DNA from: an uncultured Methanosarcinales archaeon
Lineage (GTDB): Archaea > Nanobdellota > Nanobdellia > Woesearchaeales > ARS49
DNA: 24,232 bases
Assembly (NCBI GenBank): GCA_964469145.1
Contig: CAYXXT010000001.1
Span: 1 to 24,232, forward strand
Direction: 5' to 3'
Part shown: in pieces, positions 17,392 through 24,232 of the stretch
How positions within the stretch are numbered: position 1 is the stretch's first letter
Layout of the letters: the number at the start of each line of letters is the position of its first letter
Made by a program: the position numbers and the translations under genes
Notes under the pieces: model-generated
Told to the model about the DNA's origin: nothing
The model's input: the letters and a program-made list of their open reading frames with translations, nothing else
The model's database searches: none

Positions 17392-18201
17392 TTATCTGAG
17401 CATGATTTGGAATGCGGGGGCGGTGACGTATGCTTCAATGAATGCTGCGGCGAATACGAGTACTACGCCGATGAATACGAGGAGGATGCAGTTTTGGAGA
17501 ACGTTTCTGAATGGTTGTGAGCCGATTTTTTCTTTGATGAGTGCGCGCGAGAATGTTGCGCCTGCGATTGCGGTCAAGATGAATCCTGCGCTTTCGGGGA
17601 GGAGGTGTCCGAGTGACACGAGGCCGAGGCTCCATGCAGTATCTGCGAATCGGATGTGGAGTTCAAGGACGAATGCGGCAAAGAAGCTTGCGTTGTACGC
17701 GAGTAGGAATATGCTGCCTGCGCCGTATGCGATGCTGATTAACAGGCCAACGAGCAAATACTGCAGATTGTGCGTAAAGAGTGCGAGTGCGGAGTCTATG
17801 GTTGGCTGGTAGTCGTTGACGAAGTTGGTGATGAGTTCTGGTTTTAAATGTTCGAGTTGGAGTTGGTAGTGTTGGTAGCTGAGGAATGTGTGGTCAAGGA
17901 AGCCTAAGATGAGAAATCCCGCGAGTAGTCCTAAGAATGCGCCGAGATAGCTGCGAATGACTGTTTTGTGTTTTGCAATGAATTGTTTGCTGCCGCTTCG
18001 TTCGATTGTTTCTTCAACAATAATTAAGTGGTGAAGTGATGGGACAAGAATGATGGTTGCAAGGAGTACGGTTGCGAGTCCTTGGTCGGGGAAGAAGACT
18101 TGTTGGACGCCGTAGGCGACGAGAACGTAAAACGTGCTCAAGAGCAAGAGGAAGGGAAAATGTTGGCGCACGATTCTTTTGTGGAGGAACTGTTCGAGCA
18201 T
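17392..18201 (-). CDS. Polytopic membrane protein, SpoIIM/DUF95-like
   Basis: About 6-7 hydrophobic segments; LFTHNL, LAYNAS, GHLLPE.AGFIL.AIAG and AAFIEAYVT match SpoIIM-family patterns. Confidence 0.8.
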   Translation of the reverse strand: MLEQFLHKRIVRQHFPFLLLLSTFYVLVAYGVQQVFFPDQGLATVLLATIILVPSLHHLIIVEETIERSGSKQFIAKHKTVIRSYLGAFLGLLAGFLILGFLDHTFLSYQHYQLQLEHLKPELITNFVNDYQPTIDSALALFTHNLQYLLVGLLISIAYGAGSIFLLAYNASFFAAFVLELHIRFADTAWSLGLVSLGHLLPESAGFILTAIAGATFSRALIKEKIGSQPFRNVLQNCILLVFIGVVLVFAAAFIEAYVTAPAFQIMLR

Positions 18202-18275
18202 TGGTTCACCGCGCGTGGGTTTGTTTGTAATTTGAATTTACCGTTCTCGGAATTGAGCGTGCGTGGCTCAAGTGT

Positions 18276-20156
18276 TTACTTGTCGAAATAGTTGTCCCAG
18301 TTGACGCCTGCTTCGCCTTGTTCTGGGGGTTGGCGTTTGTGGTATGCGTAGGCGCCGAGTGCTGCGAGTGCGAAGAGTGCGACGAAGAGGGCGAGCCATT
18401 TGACGCTTGGGTTGAGTGCGAATACTCCGGTCGCGCTAGGCGTGAGTGCTCGTCTTGGTTCGCTTGCATCGATTGGCTCGTATGTTGGGGGCGTGACTGG
18501 TTTTGCAGTTTCTGTTTCTTCTTGACTGTTGCCTGCATCATTTGTTGGTGCTGCTACTCCGCCGTCGACGTTTCCGCTTCTCACTCCTCGTTCGCGGTTT
18601 ACGCTGTATCCGCTGCTGCTGACAATGAGTGGCGGGTCGTTGTTTGAGATTGCAGTTCCTACCGTGAGCGTTGCGCTTGTGCTGTATGAGTGGTTGTTTT
18701 CAGTGAAGCTTGCCGTGATGGTGTATGTTCCATCTGTTGCTGGCGCGTTGAATGCGAGGTCGAAACTTCCTGAGTTAAGGAGGACTGTTTGGTTGCCGCT
18801 TGGGAGTGCGAGCGTAACTGCTGTCGCGCTGCTTGTGCCGTCGGATAAGACGTTGCCTGAGGCGATGATTTGGTTGCCTGGTTGTGCGCTGTTTGGTGTA
18901 AGTGTGAGGGTTAAATTGTGTCCGGGGACGACGGTGACGGTACGGGTCGTGGTCGTGACGTGTCCCGCGTTGTCTCGTGCGTTGACAGAGAGCACATGCG
19001 GTCCAAGCGTGTTGCTTGAAACGGTGGTCGTGTAAATGTTGCCGTTTTGCGCGAGTACAAGCGAGTCGCCGTCAAGGGTTGCGTTAACTGTTGCAACTCC
19101 GATGGTGTCAGTGACTGTTGCAATGACGTTGCCGTTTTGGTTGCGTCCGAGCGTGTTTGGCGCGCTAAGGACGACTTGTGGAGCTTGTGTATCAAGGACT
19201 AAGTTTTGAACAGCGCTTCCGTTTAAGCCGACGCCGTCAGTGCAGGTTGCCTGCCAGATTTGTGCTCCTTCCGTAATTGATGCAAGGTTCGCATTCGTGC
19301 TGTTTTGTGTGCCGTTTGCTACCGTGAAGTTTGCAACGTTGGTGTTTGCAACAGTGATGCTGCAGGTAAGAGTCGCAGCCAAATTGTCGGTTGCATTAAT
19401 AGTGAAGGTTGTTGTTTCGTCGGTGAAGCTCGTTGGTGCAATTGCAGTGACGCTTGGTGCTGTTGCATCAACAAAGAGGGTTCCGTTTTGTGTTGCGGTT
19501 TCGCCTGCGTTGTTGGTTGCGCTTGCGGTGAAGCAGAGTGTGTCGCCTTCAACCAGGTTGCTCATGTTTGCGAGTCCAACATATGTTCCGTTAGTGAGCG
19601 CGAGTGTTATGTTTGTTTGCGTGCCTGTGCACGGTCCGAAGCGGTAGGAGACGTTTGCAACTCCTGTCTCAGAGTCTGTTGCGTTGATTCGTACCTGCGT
19701 TTGCGTTGGGCCAACAAAGTTGACCGGTGATAAGAGCGCGATTGTGGGAGGGGTGTTGTCGTTAAGGACGGTTAAGTTGAGAAGTGTCGGGACGCCATCA
19801 ACGCGTGTTTCAATTTGGATGACGCCGTTTCCGGTGACGAGTGGGAGTCGTGCTTGATATTCGAAGAGTGCGCTTCGGACGTTGGTTTCGATTGTGCCGT
19901 TTGTCCAGCTAACAATTGGTGATGAGAGAACAGTTGCCCATCCGGTGTAGTTTGCTGCTTGAAGGATGGGGAGCGTGCTGTTTGCGGTAACGAGTGTGAC
20001 AACATTTCCTGTTCCGCGGTTGTCTAAATCGAGGACGAGCCAGGGAGTCGTAGTTTCGTAGAACTGATTGGTAAGAAGGGTGACGGTTGCTGCGTTTGCA
20101 ACGGTCGCAAGGACGATGAACATCAATACTATGGTTGGCGTTCTCACAATACTCAC
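18276..20156 (-). CDS. Surface protein with tandem Ig-like domains and a C-terminal membrane anchor
   Basis: Signal peptide (...IVLMFIVLATVANA), repeated D.T.P domain starts, ATD..G and A.D.AG motifs, low-complexity linker, TM WLALFVALFALAALGAYAY. Start uncertain (GTG at 20165, 20156 or 20147); TATA at 20181-20188. Confidence 0.85.
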   Translation of the reverse strand: MSIVRTPTIVLMFIVLATVANAATVTLLTNQFYETTTPWLVLDLDNRGTGNVVTLVTANSTLPILQAANYTGWATVLSSPIVSWTNGTIETNVRSALFEYQARLPLVTGNGVIQIETRVDGVPTLLNLTVLNDNTPPTIALLSPVNFVGPTQTQVRINATDSETGVANVSYRFGPCTGTQTNITLALTNGTYVGLANMSNLVEGDTLCFTASATNNAGETATQNGTLFVDATAPSVTAIAPTSFTDETTTFTINATDNLAATLTCSITVANTNVANFTVANGTQNSTNANLASITEGAQIWQATCTDGVGLNGSAVQNLVLDTQAPQVVLSAPNTLGRNQNGNVIATVTDTIGVATVNATLDGDSLVLAQNGNIYTTTVSSNTLGPHVLSVNARDNAGHVTTTTRTVTVVPGHNLTLTLTPNSAQPGNQIIASGNVLSDGTSSATAVTLALPSGNQTVLLNSGSFDLAFNAPATDGTYTITASFTENNHSYSTSATLTVGTAISNNDPPLIVSSSGYSVNRERGVRSGNVDGGVAAPTNDAGNSQEETETAKPVTPPTYEPIDASEPRRALTPSATGVFALNPSVKWLALFVALFALAALGAYAYHKRQPPEQGEAGVNWDNYFDK

Positions 20157-20293
20157 GAAAAACACGAAGACGGTACAAGTATATAAATGTTACATTTTAG
20201 TATACTGGCGTAGTGTTTGCCCGTCGATTCACCGCGCGGTGATTATGACATTATTTAAGGGAGCAACCTATGTTTTAGAGTGGGGGATATTGA

Positions 20294-20752
20294 ATGAAGG
20301 TATTATTCACAGCCCTAGCAATACTAGGACTGCTATTAATAGGGGGTATTTCAGGGAAAACTGCCGAGCGTTCTGCGCTTGGCGGGCCTGATTTTGCATC
20401 AGTACAGCAAGTGCCCTTTGACTCTATTAGTGTGTACCCTGACCACGCGACTATTGATGTGGCAGGTCTGCACTATGCAAAGGTCGTATCTAATAGTATG
20501 GCGCCAGTCATTACCGACAAGTCTACTGTTCTCGAGCGAACTCCTGCTTCTGCAGACGAAATCAAGGTAAACGACATCATTAGTTTCTACGAGCCGTCAG
20601 TTGACTCGGTTGTGCTGCACTTGGTGACGGAAGTGGGCAGTCGTGACGGCAACACATACTATAAGACAAAAGGAGTGGCAAATCCCGATGAAGACCCGTG
20701 GGAAGTGCAGTTTAGTAATGTGAAAGGAATTCTTGTTGGCGTTATTCGTTAA
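20294..20752 (+). CDS. Signal peptidase I-like protein (S26, archaeal/ER type)
   Basis: N-terminal hydrophobic segment; box B SNSMAP (Ser), box C DII, box D VLHLV (His), box E TKGVANPDEDP. Confidence 0.75.
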   Translation: MKVLFTALAILGLLLIGGISGKTAERSALGGPDFASVQQVPFDSISVYPDHATIDVAGLHYAKVVSNSMAPVITDKSTVLERTPASADEIKVNDIISFYEPSVDSVVLHLVTEVGSRDGNTYYKTKGVANPDEDPWEVQFSNVKGILVGVIR

Positions 20753-20830
20753 ATTCTAATTCTTCTAGTCTGAGTTTAAATTACTGGAAACTTTCCGAAT
20801 CCACTCAGCATATTTCTCGATTTATCGTCG

Positions 20831-20846
20831 GCAAACTCATAAAGGG
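20831..20846 (+). promoter_or_regulatory. Probable BRE/TATA promoter of the tRNA-like gene
   Basis: GCAAACTCATAAAGGG closely resembles GCAAACTTTATAAAGGG (minus strand, 21483-21499). Confidence 0.55.
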
Positions 20847-20883
20847 AAGAAAGAAAAGAAAAAGTACCGGTGAAAGCCGGCAC

Positions 20884-20996
20884 GCCGGGGACGACCAACC
20901 TGGTTGGTCACAGAGCTGATACCTCTGATCCTAACGGATATCGGGGTTCAAATATCTTTCGGCTCTGGCTGGGGATTGAATCTCCCCGCCCCTGCG
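20884..20996 (+). tRNA. Atypical intron-containing tRNA or tRNA-like RNA: anticodon GAT (Ile), long variable arm, G73
   Basis: Spliced sequence (83 nt): GCCGGGG AC GACC AACCTGGTT GGTC A CAGAG CT-GAT-AC CTCTG ATCCTAACGGATAT CGGGG TTCAAAT CCCCG CCCCTGC G. All arms pair apart from one C3.U70 mismatch; anticodon at 20918-20920; CCA not encoded. Confidence 0.85.
20953..20982 (+). other. 30-nt archaeal BHB intron at tRNA position 59/60 (T-loop)
   Basis: CGGGG-TTCA-AA^T-ATCTTTCGGC-TCTG-GCTGGGGAT-TGAA-TC^T-CCCCG: central 4-bp helix TTCA/TGAA, two 3-nt bulges, flanking helices. Cutting after the second bulge base regenerates the canonical T-loop TTCAAAT. Confidence 0.88.
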
Positions 20997-21012
20997 TCTT
21001 TTCTTTGTTTCT
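20997..21012 (+). terminator. Oligo-T, pyrimidine-rich terminator-like tract
   Basis: TCTTTTCTTTGTTTCT directly after the tRNA discriminator base. Confidence 0.6.
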
Positions 21013-21149
21013 ATAATCAAGACTTGCCCAGATGTCATGACTTCACACGCGCGAAAAGAGCCTATCTTCAAGTCATCGTTTAATTGTTGGTAAAAATGTG
21101 AGAAAAATTGAAAAAAATAAAAGAAATATAGGAGCGTGTTGTCCTAGTA

Positions 21150-21314
21150 TTACATTGGTCGCTTTGCTTGGAAGCAGTCGCGGCAGTATACTGGCTTGCC
21201 TTCTCGAGGCTTGAACGGGACTTTGCAGTCCTTGCCACATTCTGCGCACTTTGCGTCGTGCATTTCTCGGGGTCCGTCGTTGCGGAATCCACCGCCGCCA
21301 TGGAATTGATTCAT
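21150..21314 (-). CDS. CxxC-x17-CxxC zinc-finger protein (54 aa), not in the ORF track in this frame
   Basis: MNQFHGGGGFRNDGPREMHDAKCAECGKDCKVPFKPREGKPVYCRDCFQAKRPM; exact CxxC-x17-CxxC spacing with VPFKP and PVYC motifs; SD GGAGGA at 21321-21326. Confidence 0.92.
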   Translation of the reverse strand: MNQFHGGGGFRNDGPREMHDAKCAECGKDCKVPFKPREGKPVYCRDCFQAKRPM

Positions 21315-21332
21315 TTTCTTTCCTCCTAACCT

Positions 21333-21452
21333 ACGTGAGAACGAGTTTCACGTCGAACGCCACTGGCGTTCAATCGTGCTGGAAAACAATCGTTTACTCT
21401 CCTGTCTTAGGTTTGTCCTAAGGCACACGAGAATTCGGTTGTTTTCGACACG
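21333..21452. ncRNA. Candidate structured RNA (5' leader of the CxxC-x17-CxxC gene, or an antisense RNA)
   Basis: Hairpins ACGTGAGA/TTTCACGT and GAACGCCA/TGGCGTTC, then a long interrupted stem CGTG/CACG, GAAAACAATCG/CGGTTGTTTTC, TGTCTTAGG/CCTAAGGCA. Confidence 0.55.
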
Positions 21453-21482
21453 TTCTACGTACTAAGACATATCTGACAGTTG

Positions 21483-21499
21483 CCCTTTATAAAGTTTGC
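21483..21499 (-). promoter_or_regulatory. BRE/TATA promoter, probably for the CxxC-x17-CxxC gene
   Basis: GCAAAC-TTTATAAA-GGG on the minus strand; implies a 5' UTR of roughly 150 nt. Confidence 0.6.
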
Positions 21500-21538
21500 G
21501 TATTTAATCGTGGACAGAAGTGAGAAAAAGTACTGAAC

Positions 21539-24232
21539 TTATTTGCGTTTGAGGATTTTTTCTATGTCTTTGAGTTCTTTGTTGAGTTTGGCGAGGTCTG
21601 CGTCTAAACTTCTACTTGGCGCTTTTGGTTCTCGTTTGAGGAATGTGAGCCAGCTCTTTTTGGGTGTTGTTGGTGTAACTGCTGGTTTTAGTGTTGTTCT
21701 TGGCGCGATTGGTATTTTATGACTTTCTTGTTTGCGTTCGTGTCCGCGTGATGAGTGTAGAATTATTGCGAGGAGTACTGCGAGGAGGATGCCAAGTGTG
21801 ATTCCGAGTGCAGTGGTGGGGTTTAGTTTTGTTGTTGATTGTGGAGCTGGTTCTTTTGTTATTTCGACGTTGATATCTGCTGCTTGTTCGATTGGCGCGG
21901 GTTCTGTTGCTTCTGTTGTCGTAGTGTTCGTGCTTGTTTTTTGCGTTTCAATTGTTCGTCCTATTGTCGGGAAGGTGACTGGCGCAACGTATGGTGTTTG
22001 GTTTTGACGCACTATTGGCGTGTTGCCTGCGCTGCCTGAGCCTCCGCCGCCTCCGCCTGCTGCGCCTCCTGGTGCTGGTGGTGCAGGTGGCGCGCTTGCG
22101 TAGATGGTGCTGAGGTTTGCGGGGCAGGTGAAGGTTTGGCCGTTGTAAACGATGGTTCCCGTGAGGCAGGTGTCGCCGATGATTGTGGCATTGATAACGG
22201 ACATGTTTGTTATCGTTGCATTTGTCAGGTTTGTGTTTACAACGCTGCTGTTCGTAACGTTTGTATCAATGATTGTGGTGTTGGTGATGTTGCTTCCGGT
22301 GACATTGCCGCCCGTCACAGTCGTGTTCGTAAATGTTGTATTCGTTGCAGTGGTATTCGTGAGTGTTGTATTTGTGGCGGTCGTGTTCGTAAGTGTTGTA
22401 TTCGTGAGTGTCGTATTCGTCGCAGTCGTGTTTGTGAGCGTCGTATTCGTCGCCGTCGTATTCGTAAGCGTTGTATTTGTGGCAGTTGTGTTCGTGAGTG
22501 TCGTATTCGTCGCAGTCGTGTTCGTGATTGTCGTGTTTGTAATGTTTGAGCTGTTTATCGTGGCGTTCGTGATGGTCGAGCCGTTAATGGTCGTATTCGT
22601 GACAGTGGTATTCGTGATGGTCGTGTTTGTAATGTTTGACCCGTTGATTGTCGCATTCGTCACCGTTGTATTTGTGAGCGTGGTGTTCGTGATGTTTGAG
22701 CCGTTGAGTGTGGTGTTGGTAATGACTGAGCCGTTAATTGTCGTGTTCGTGATGATTGAACCGTTCACGGTTGTATTGGTGATGACTGAGCCGTTTGTCG
22801 TGGTATTTGTAACAGTCGTATTCGTGATTGTCGTGTTCGAAATGGTTGAGCCGTTTATCGTGGTGTTGGTTGCAGTTGTATTGGTCAGGCTCGTGTTGGT
22901 TATCGTGCTCGTGTTTATGGTGCTGTTGCTTACATTTGAGTCGGTGACGGTGCTGTTGTCAATGGTTGAATTGGTGACGTTGCTTGTTGTGATTGTGCAG
23001 TCGGTCGTGTTGCTGCCCGTGACGTTGCTTCCTGATATGACGCAGCCAAGGACGGTTGTGTTTTCGGTTATGGTGAGGTTTAGTGACGCGCCGCTTGAGT
23101 TTTGGAACGTGATAAGTGCAGTATTATTGATGAGTGTTCCGTTTGGTATTCCTGATGCGACAAGGACGCTGATGTTAATCGTGGTTGAGGTGTTGGTTAA
23201 ATCGCCAAGAAGGAAGATGTTATTGCTGATGTTTGGCGCAGGTGTTGCGCTTATGAATGTGGTTTCAGGGGGGTATGTTTCGTTTACGGTGACGTTAAAT
23301 GCGGTGCCGCCGGTGACGTTGATTTCAAGGGTGTAGTTCAAAATGCTGCTTTGGTTTGTGGCATCGAACGTGTCGCTTTTGCTTGCGCTGACGTTGAGTG
23401 TTTCGTTGCTTCCGCTTGATGTCTCTATTGTTGCGTAGGCGGTGAATCCGGTGACGTTGAATGTGAATACTCCGCCGATGTAGCTGTCTTCGGTGCAAGT
23501 TGAGAAGAGGCAGTCGACGAAGCTGCCGTTGTCGTTGAAGTCAGCAAGCGGCCGAGGATCGACGAATGCGATGTTGAAGAATTTGATTTGTGCGCTGGTG
23601 TTGAGGACGCTGACGTTGGTGCTGTTGACGAAGATTTGGTCTCTGCCGCCGATTCCGAATGTATTATTCAAGACTGATCGAGTGATGCTGGTGCTGTCGT
23701 TGATGGTGAAGTTGAAGAATTTCACGGTGATGTTTGAGAGGTTGAATGTGTTGTTGGTGAAGAAAGTTATCGTGCTTGCGTTGGTTCGTATCCAGTTGGT
23801 GCTGTTTCTGAATAGGTTTTCGGTGAATGTGTTGTTTTGGGGGGCGCTAAATCCGGTGAGGGTGAGGACGGATACCGCGTAGCTTAGTGTGCCGCGCGCG
23901 CTGAGTGAATTGTTTCTGAACGTGTTATTTGAGCCTACGCGCATGACGAGGGCGTCGTTTTGGCCGCCTCCGGTTGTATCGATTGTGTTGTTCTCTATGG
24001 TGTTGTTGAAACTTCCAATTGAGAACGCGCTTATTTGTATTGCCCCGCCGGTTCCTGCGGTGTTTGTGAGGGTGATATTGTTGCCTGAGATGATGCTGTT
24101 GTTTATCGCTTCTGCAACGATTGCTGCGGTGAAGTTGCTGCCGTTGATGTTGATTCTGTTGTCGCGTATGTACATTTCTCGAACCGGGAAAAACGCTCCT
24201 GATCCGGTCATGATGATTCCGTAGAGTGTGCT
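21539..24232 (-). CDS. Large membrane-anchored surface glycoprotein (beta-helix repeats, DUF11-like domain, Thr/Asn pentapeptide repeats, TM); 5' end outside the window
   Basis: Frame stays open to the window edge (STLYGIIMTGSG...). NN.I..N.I beta-helix repeats; DUF11-like SKSD...LNYTLEINVTG...NVTVNETYP..TTFISATP; Pro/Gly linker; TM LGITLGILLAVLLAIIL; basic tail. Confidence 0.9.
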   Translation of the reverse strand, partial: STLYGIIMTGSGAFFPVREMYIRDNRININGSNFTAAIVAEAINNSIISGNNITLTNTAGTGGAIQISAFSIGSFNNTIENNTIDTTGGGQNDALVMRVGSNNTFRNNSLSARGTLSYAVSVLTLTGFSAPQNNTFTENLFRNSTNWIRTNASTITFFTNNTFNLSNITVKFFNFTINDSTSITRSVLNNTFGIGGRDQIFVNSTNVSVLNTSAQIKFFNIAFVDPRPLADFNDNGSFVDCLFSTCTEDSYIGGVFTFNVTGFTAYATIETSSGSNETLNVSASKSDTFDATNQSSILNYTLEINVTGGTAFNVTVNETYPPETTFISATPAPNISNNIFLLGDLTNTSTTINISVLVASGIPNGTLINNTALITFQNSSGASLNLTITENTTVLGCVISGSNVTGSNTTDCTITTSNVTNSTIDNSTVTDSNVSNSTINTSTITNTSLTNTTATNTTINGSTISNTTITNTTVTNTTTNGSVITNTTVNGSIITNTTINGSVITNTTLNGSNITNTTLTNTTVTNATINGSNITNTTITNTTVTNTTINGSTITNATINSSNITNTTITNTTATNTTLTNTTATNTTLTNTTATNTTLTNTTATNTTLTNTTLTNTTATNTTLTNTTATNTTFTNTTVTGGNVTGSNITNTTIIDTNVTNSSVVNTNLTNATITNMSVINATIIGDTCLTGTIVYNGQTFTCPANLSTIYASAPPAPPAPGGAAGGGGGGSGSAGNTPIVRQNQTPYVAPVTFPTIGRTIETQKTSTNTTTTEATEPAPIEQAADINVEITKEPAPQSTTKLNPTTALGITLGILLAVLLAIILHSSRGHERKQESHKIPIAPRTTLKPAVTPTTPKKSWLTFLKREPKAPSRSLDADLAKLNKELKDIEKILKRK
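22180..23035 (-). repeat. Coding tandem repeat with a 15-bp / 5-aa period (NTTxT, GSxIT)
   Basis: About 285 aa, roughly 55-57 units such as NTTLT NTTAT NTTIN GSNIT; codons vary synonymously between units. Confidence 0.92.

Noticed and set aside
20864..20892. Resemblance of CCGGTGAAAGCCGGCACGCCGGG to group II intron domain V
   Set aside because: The 5' strand with the AGC/CGC catalytic triad is absent, there is no domain VI or maturase, and the 3' part is explained as the tRNA acceptor stem.
20884..20996. Calling the gene tRNA-Sec or an ordinary tRNA-Ile
   Set aside because: The anticodon is GAT, not TCA, and the T-stem is 5 bp; the variable arm, G73 and acceptor sequence do not fit archaeal tRNA-Ile. 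Identity is left open.
21037..21076. Inverted repeat ATGACTT/AAGTCAT between the tRNA and the zinc-finger gene
   Set aside because: Only 7 bp with a long loop; compatible with chance.
21080..21301. 73-aa ORF from the track
   Set aside because: Wrong frame; the overlapping frame 21150-21314 encodes a recognisable CxxC-x17-CxxC protein with a strong SD.
22180..23035. CRISPR array
   Set aside because: Repeats are contiguous, degenerate 15-bp coding units with no unique spacers, and no cas genes are present.
22152..23336. 394-aa Val/Phe-rich ORF on the + strand, and similar + strand ORFs over 49-2581, 17039-19730 and 23493-24224
   Set aside because: Antisense shadows of Thr/Asn-rich or membrane-protein genes on the minus strand.

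Overview
Archaeal chromosomal segment, most likely from a DPANN (Woesearchaeota-like) genome. The archaeal origin rests on ribosomal protein eL15, a family B DNA polymerase with a PIP box, an archaeal-type triosephosphate isomerase, TATA boxes about 23-25 nt upstream of apparently leaderless starts, and a bulge-helix-bulge (BHB) tRNA intron; the DPANN assignment is inference. Housekeeping genes (rpl15e, polB, trxA, tpiA) are mixed with large surface proteins, two single-domain response regulators, a NYN protein, two small zinc-finger ORFs missing from the ORF track, and a four-gene paralogue operon bracketed by two VapBC-type toxin-antitoxin modules. The most striking item is an unannotated tRNA-like gene at 20884-20996 (+). 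It has a strict 30-nt BHB intron in the T-loop (position 59/60), an Ile anticodon (GAU), and a class II, Ser-like body (long variable arm, G73) with several non-canonical core positions. Other notable signals: an N-terminal M(T)DxxxRxLER motif shared by five proteins, a structured region upstream of the CxxC-x17-CxxC gene, and two 7-nt-periodic intergenic arrays.
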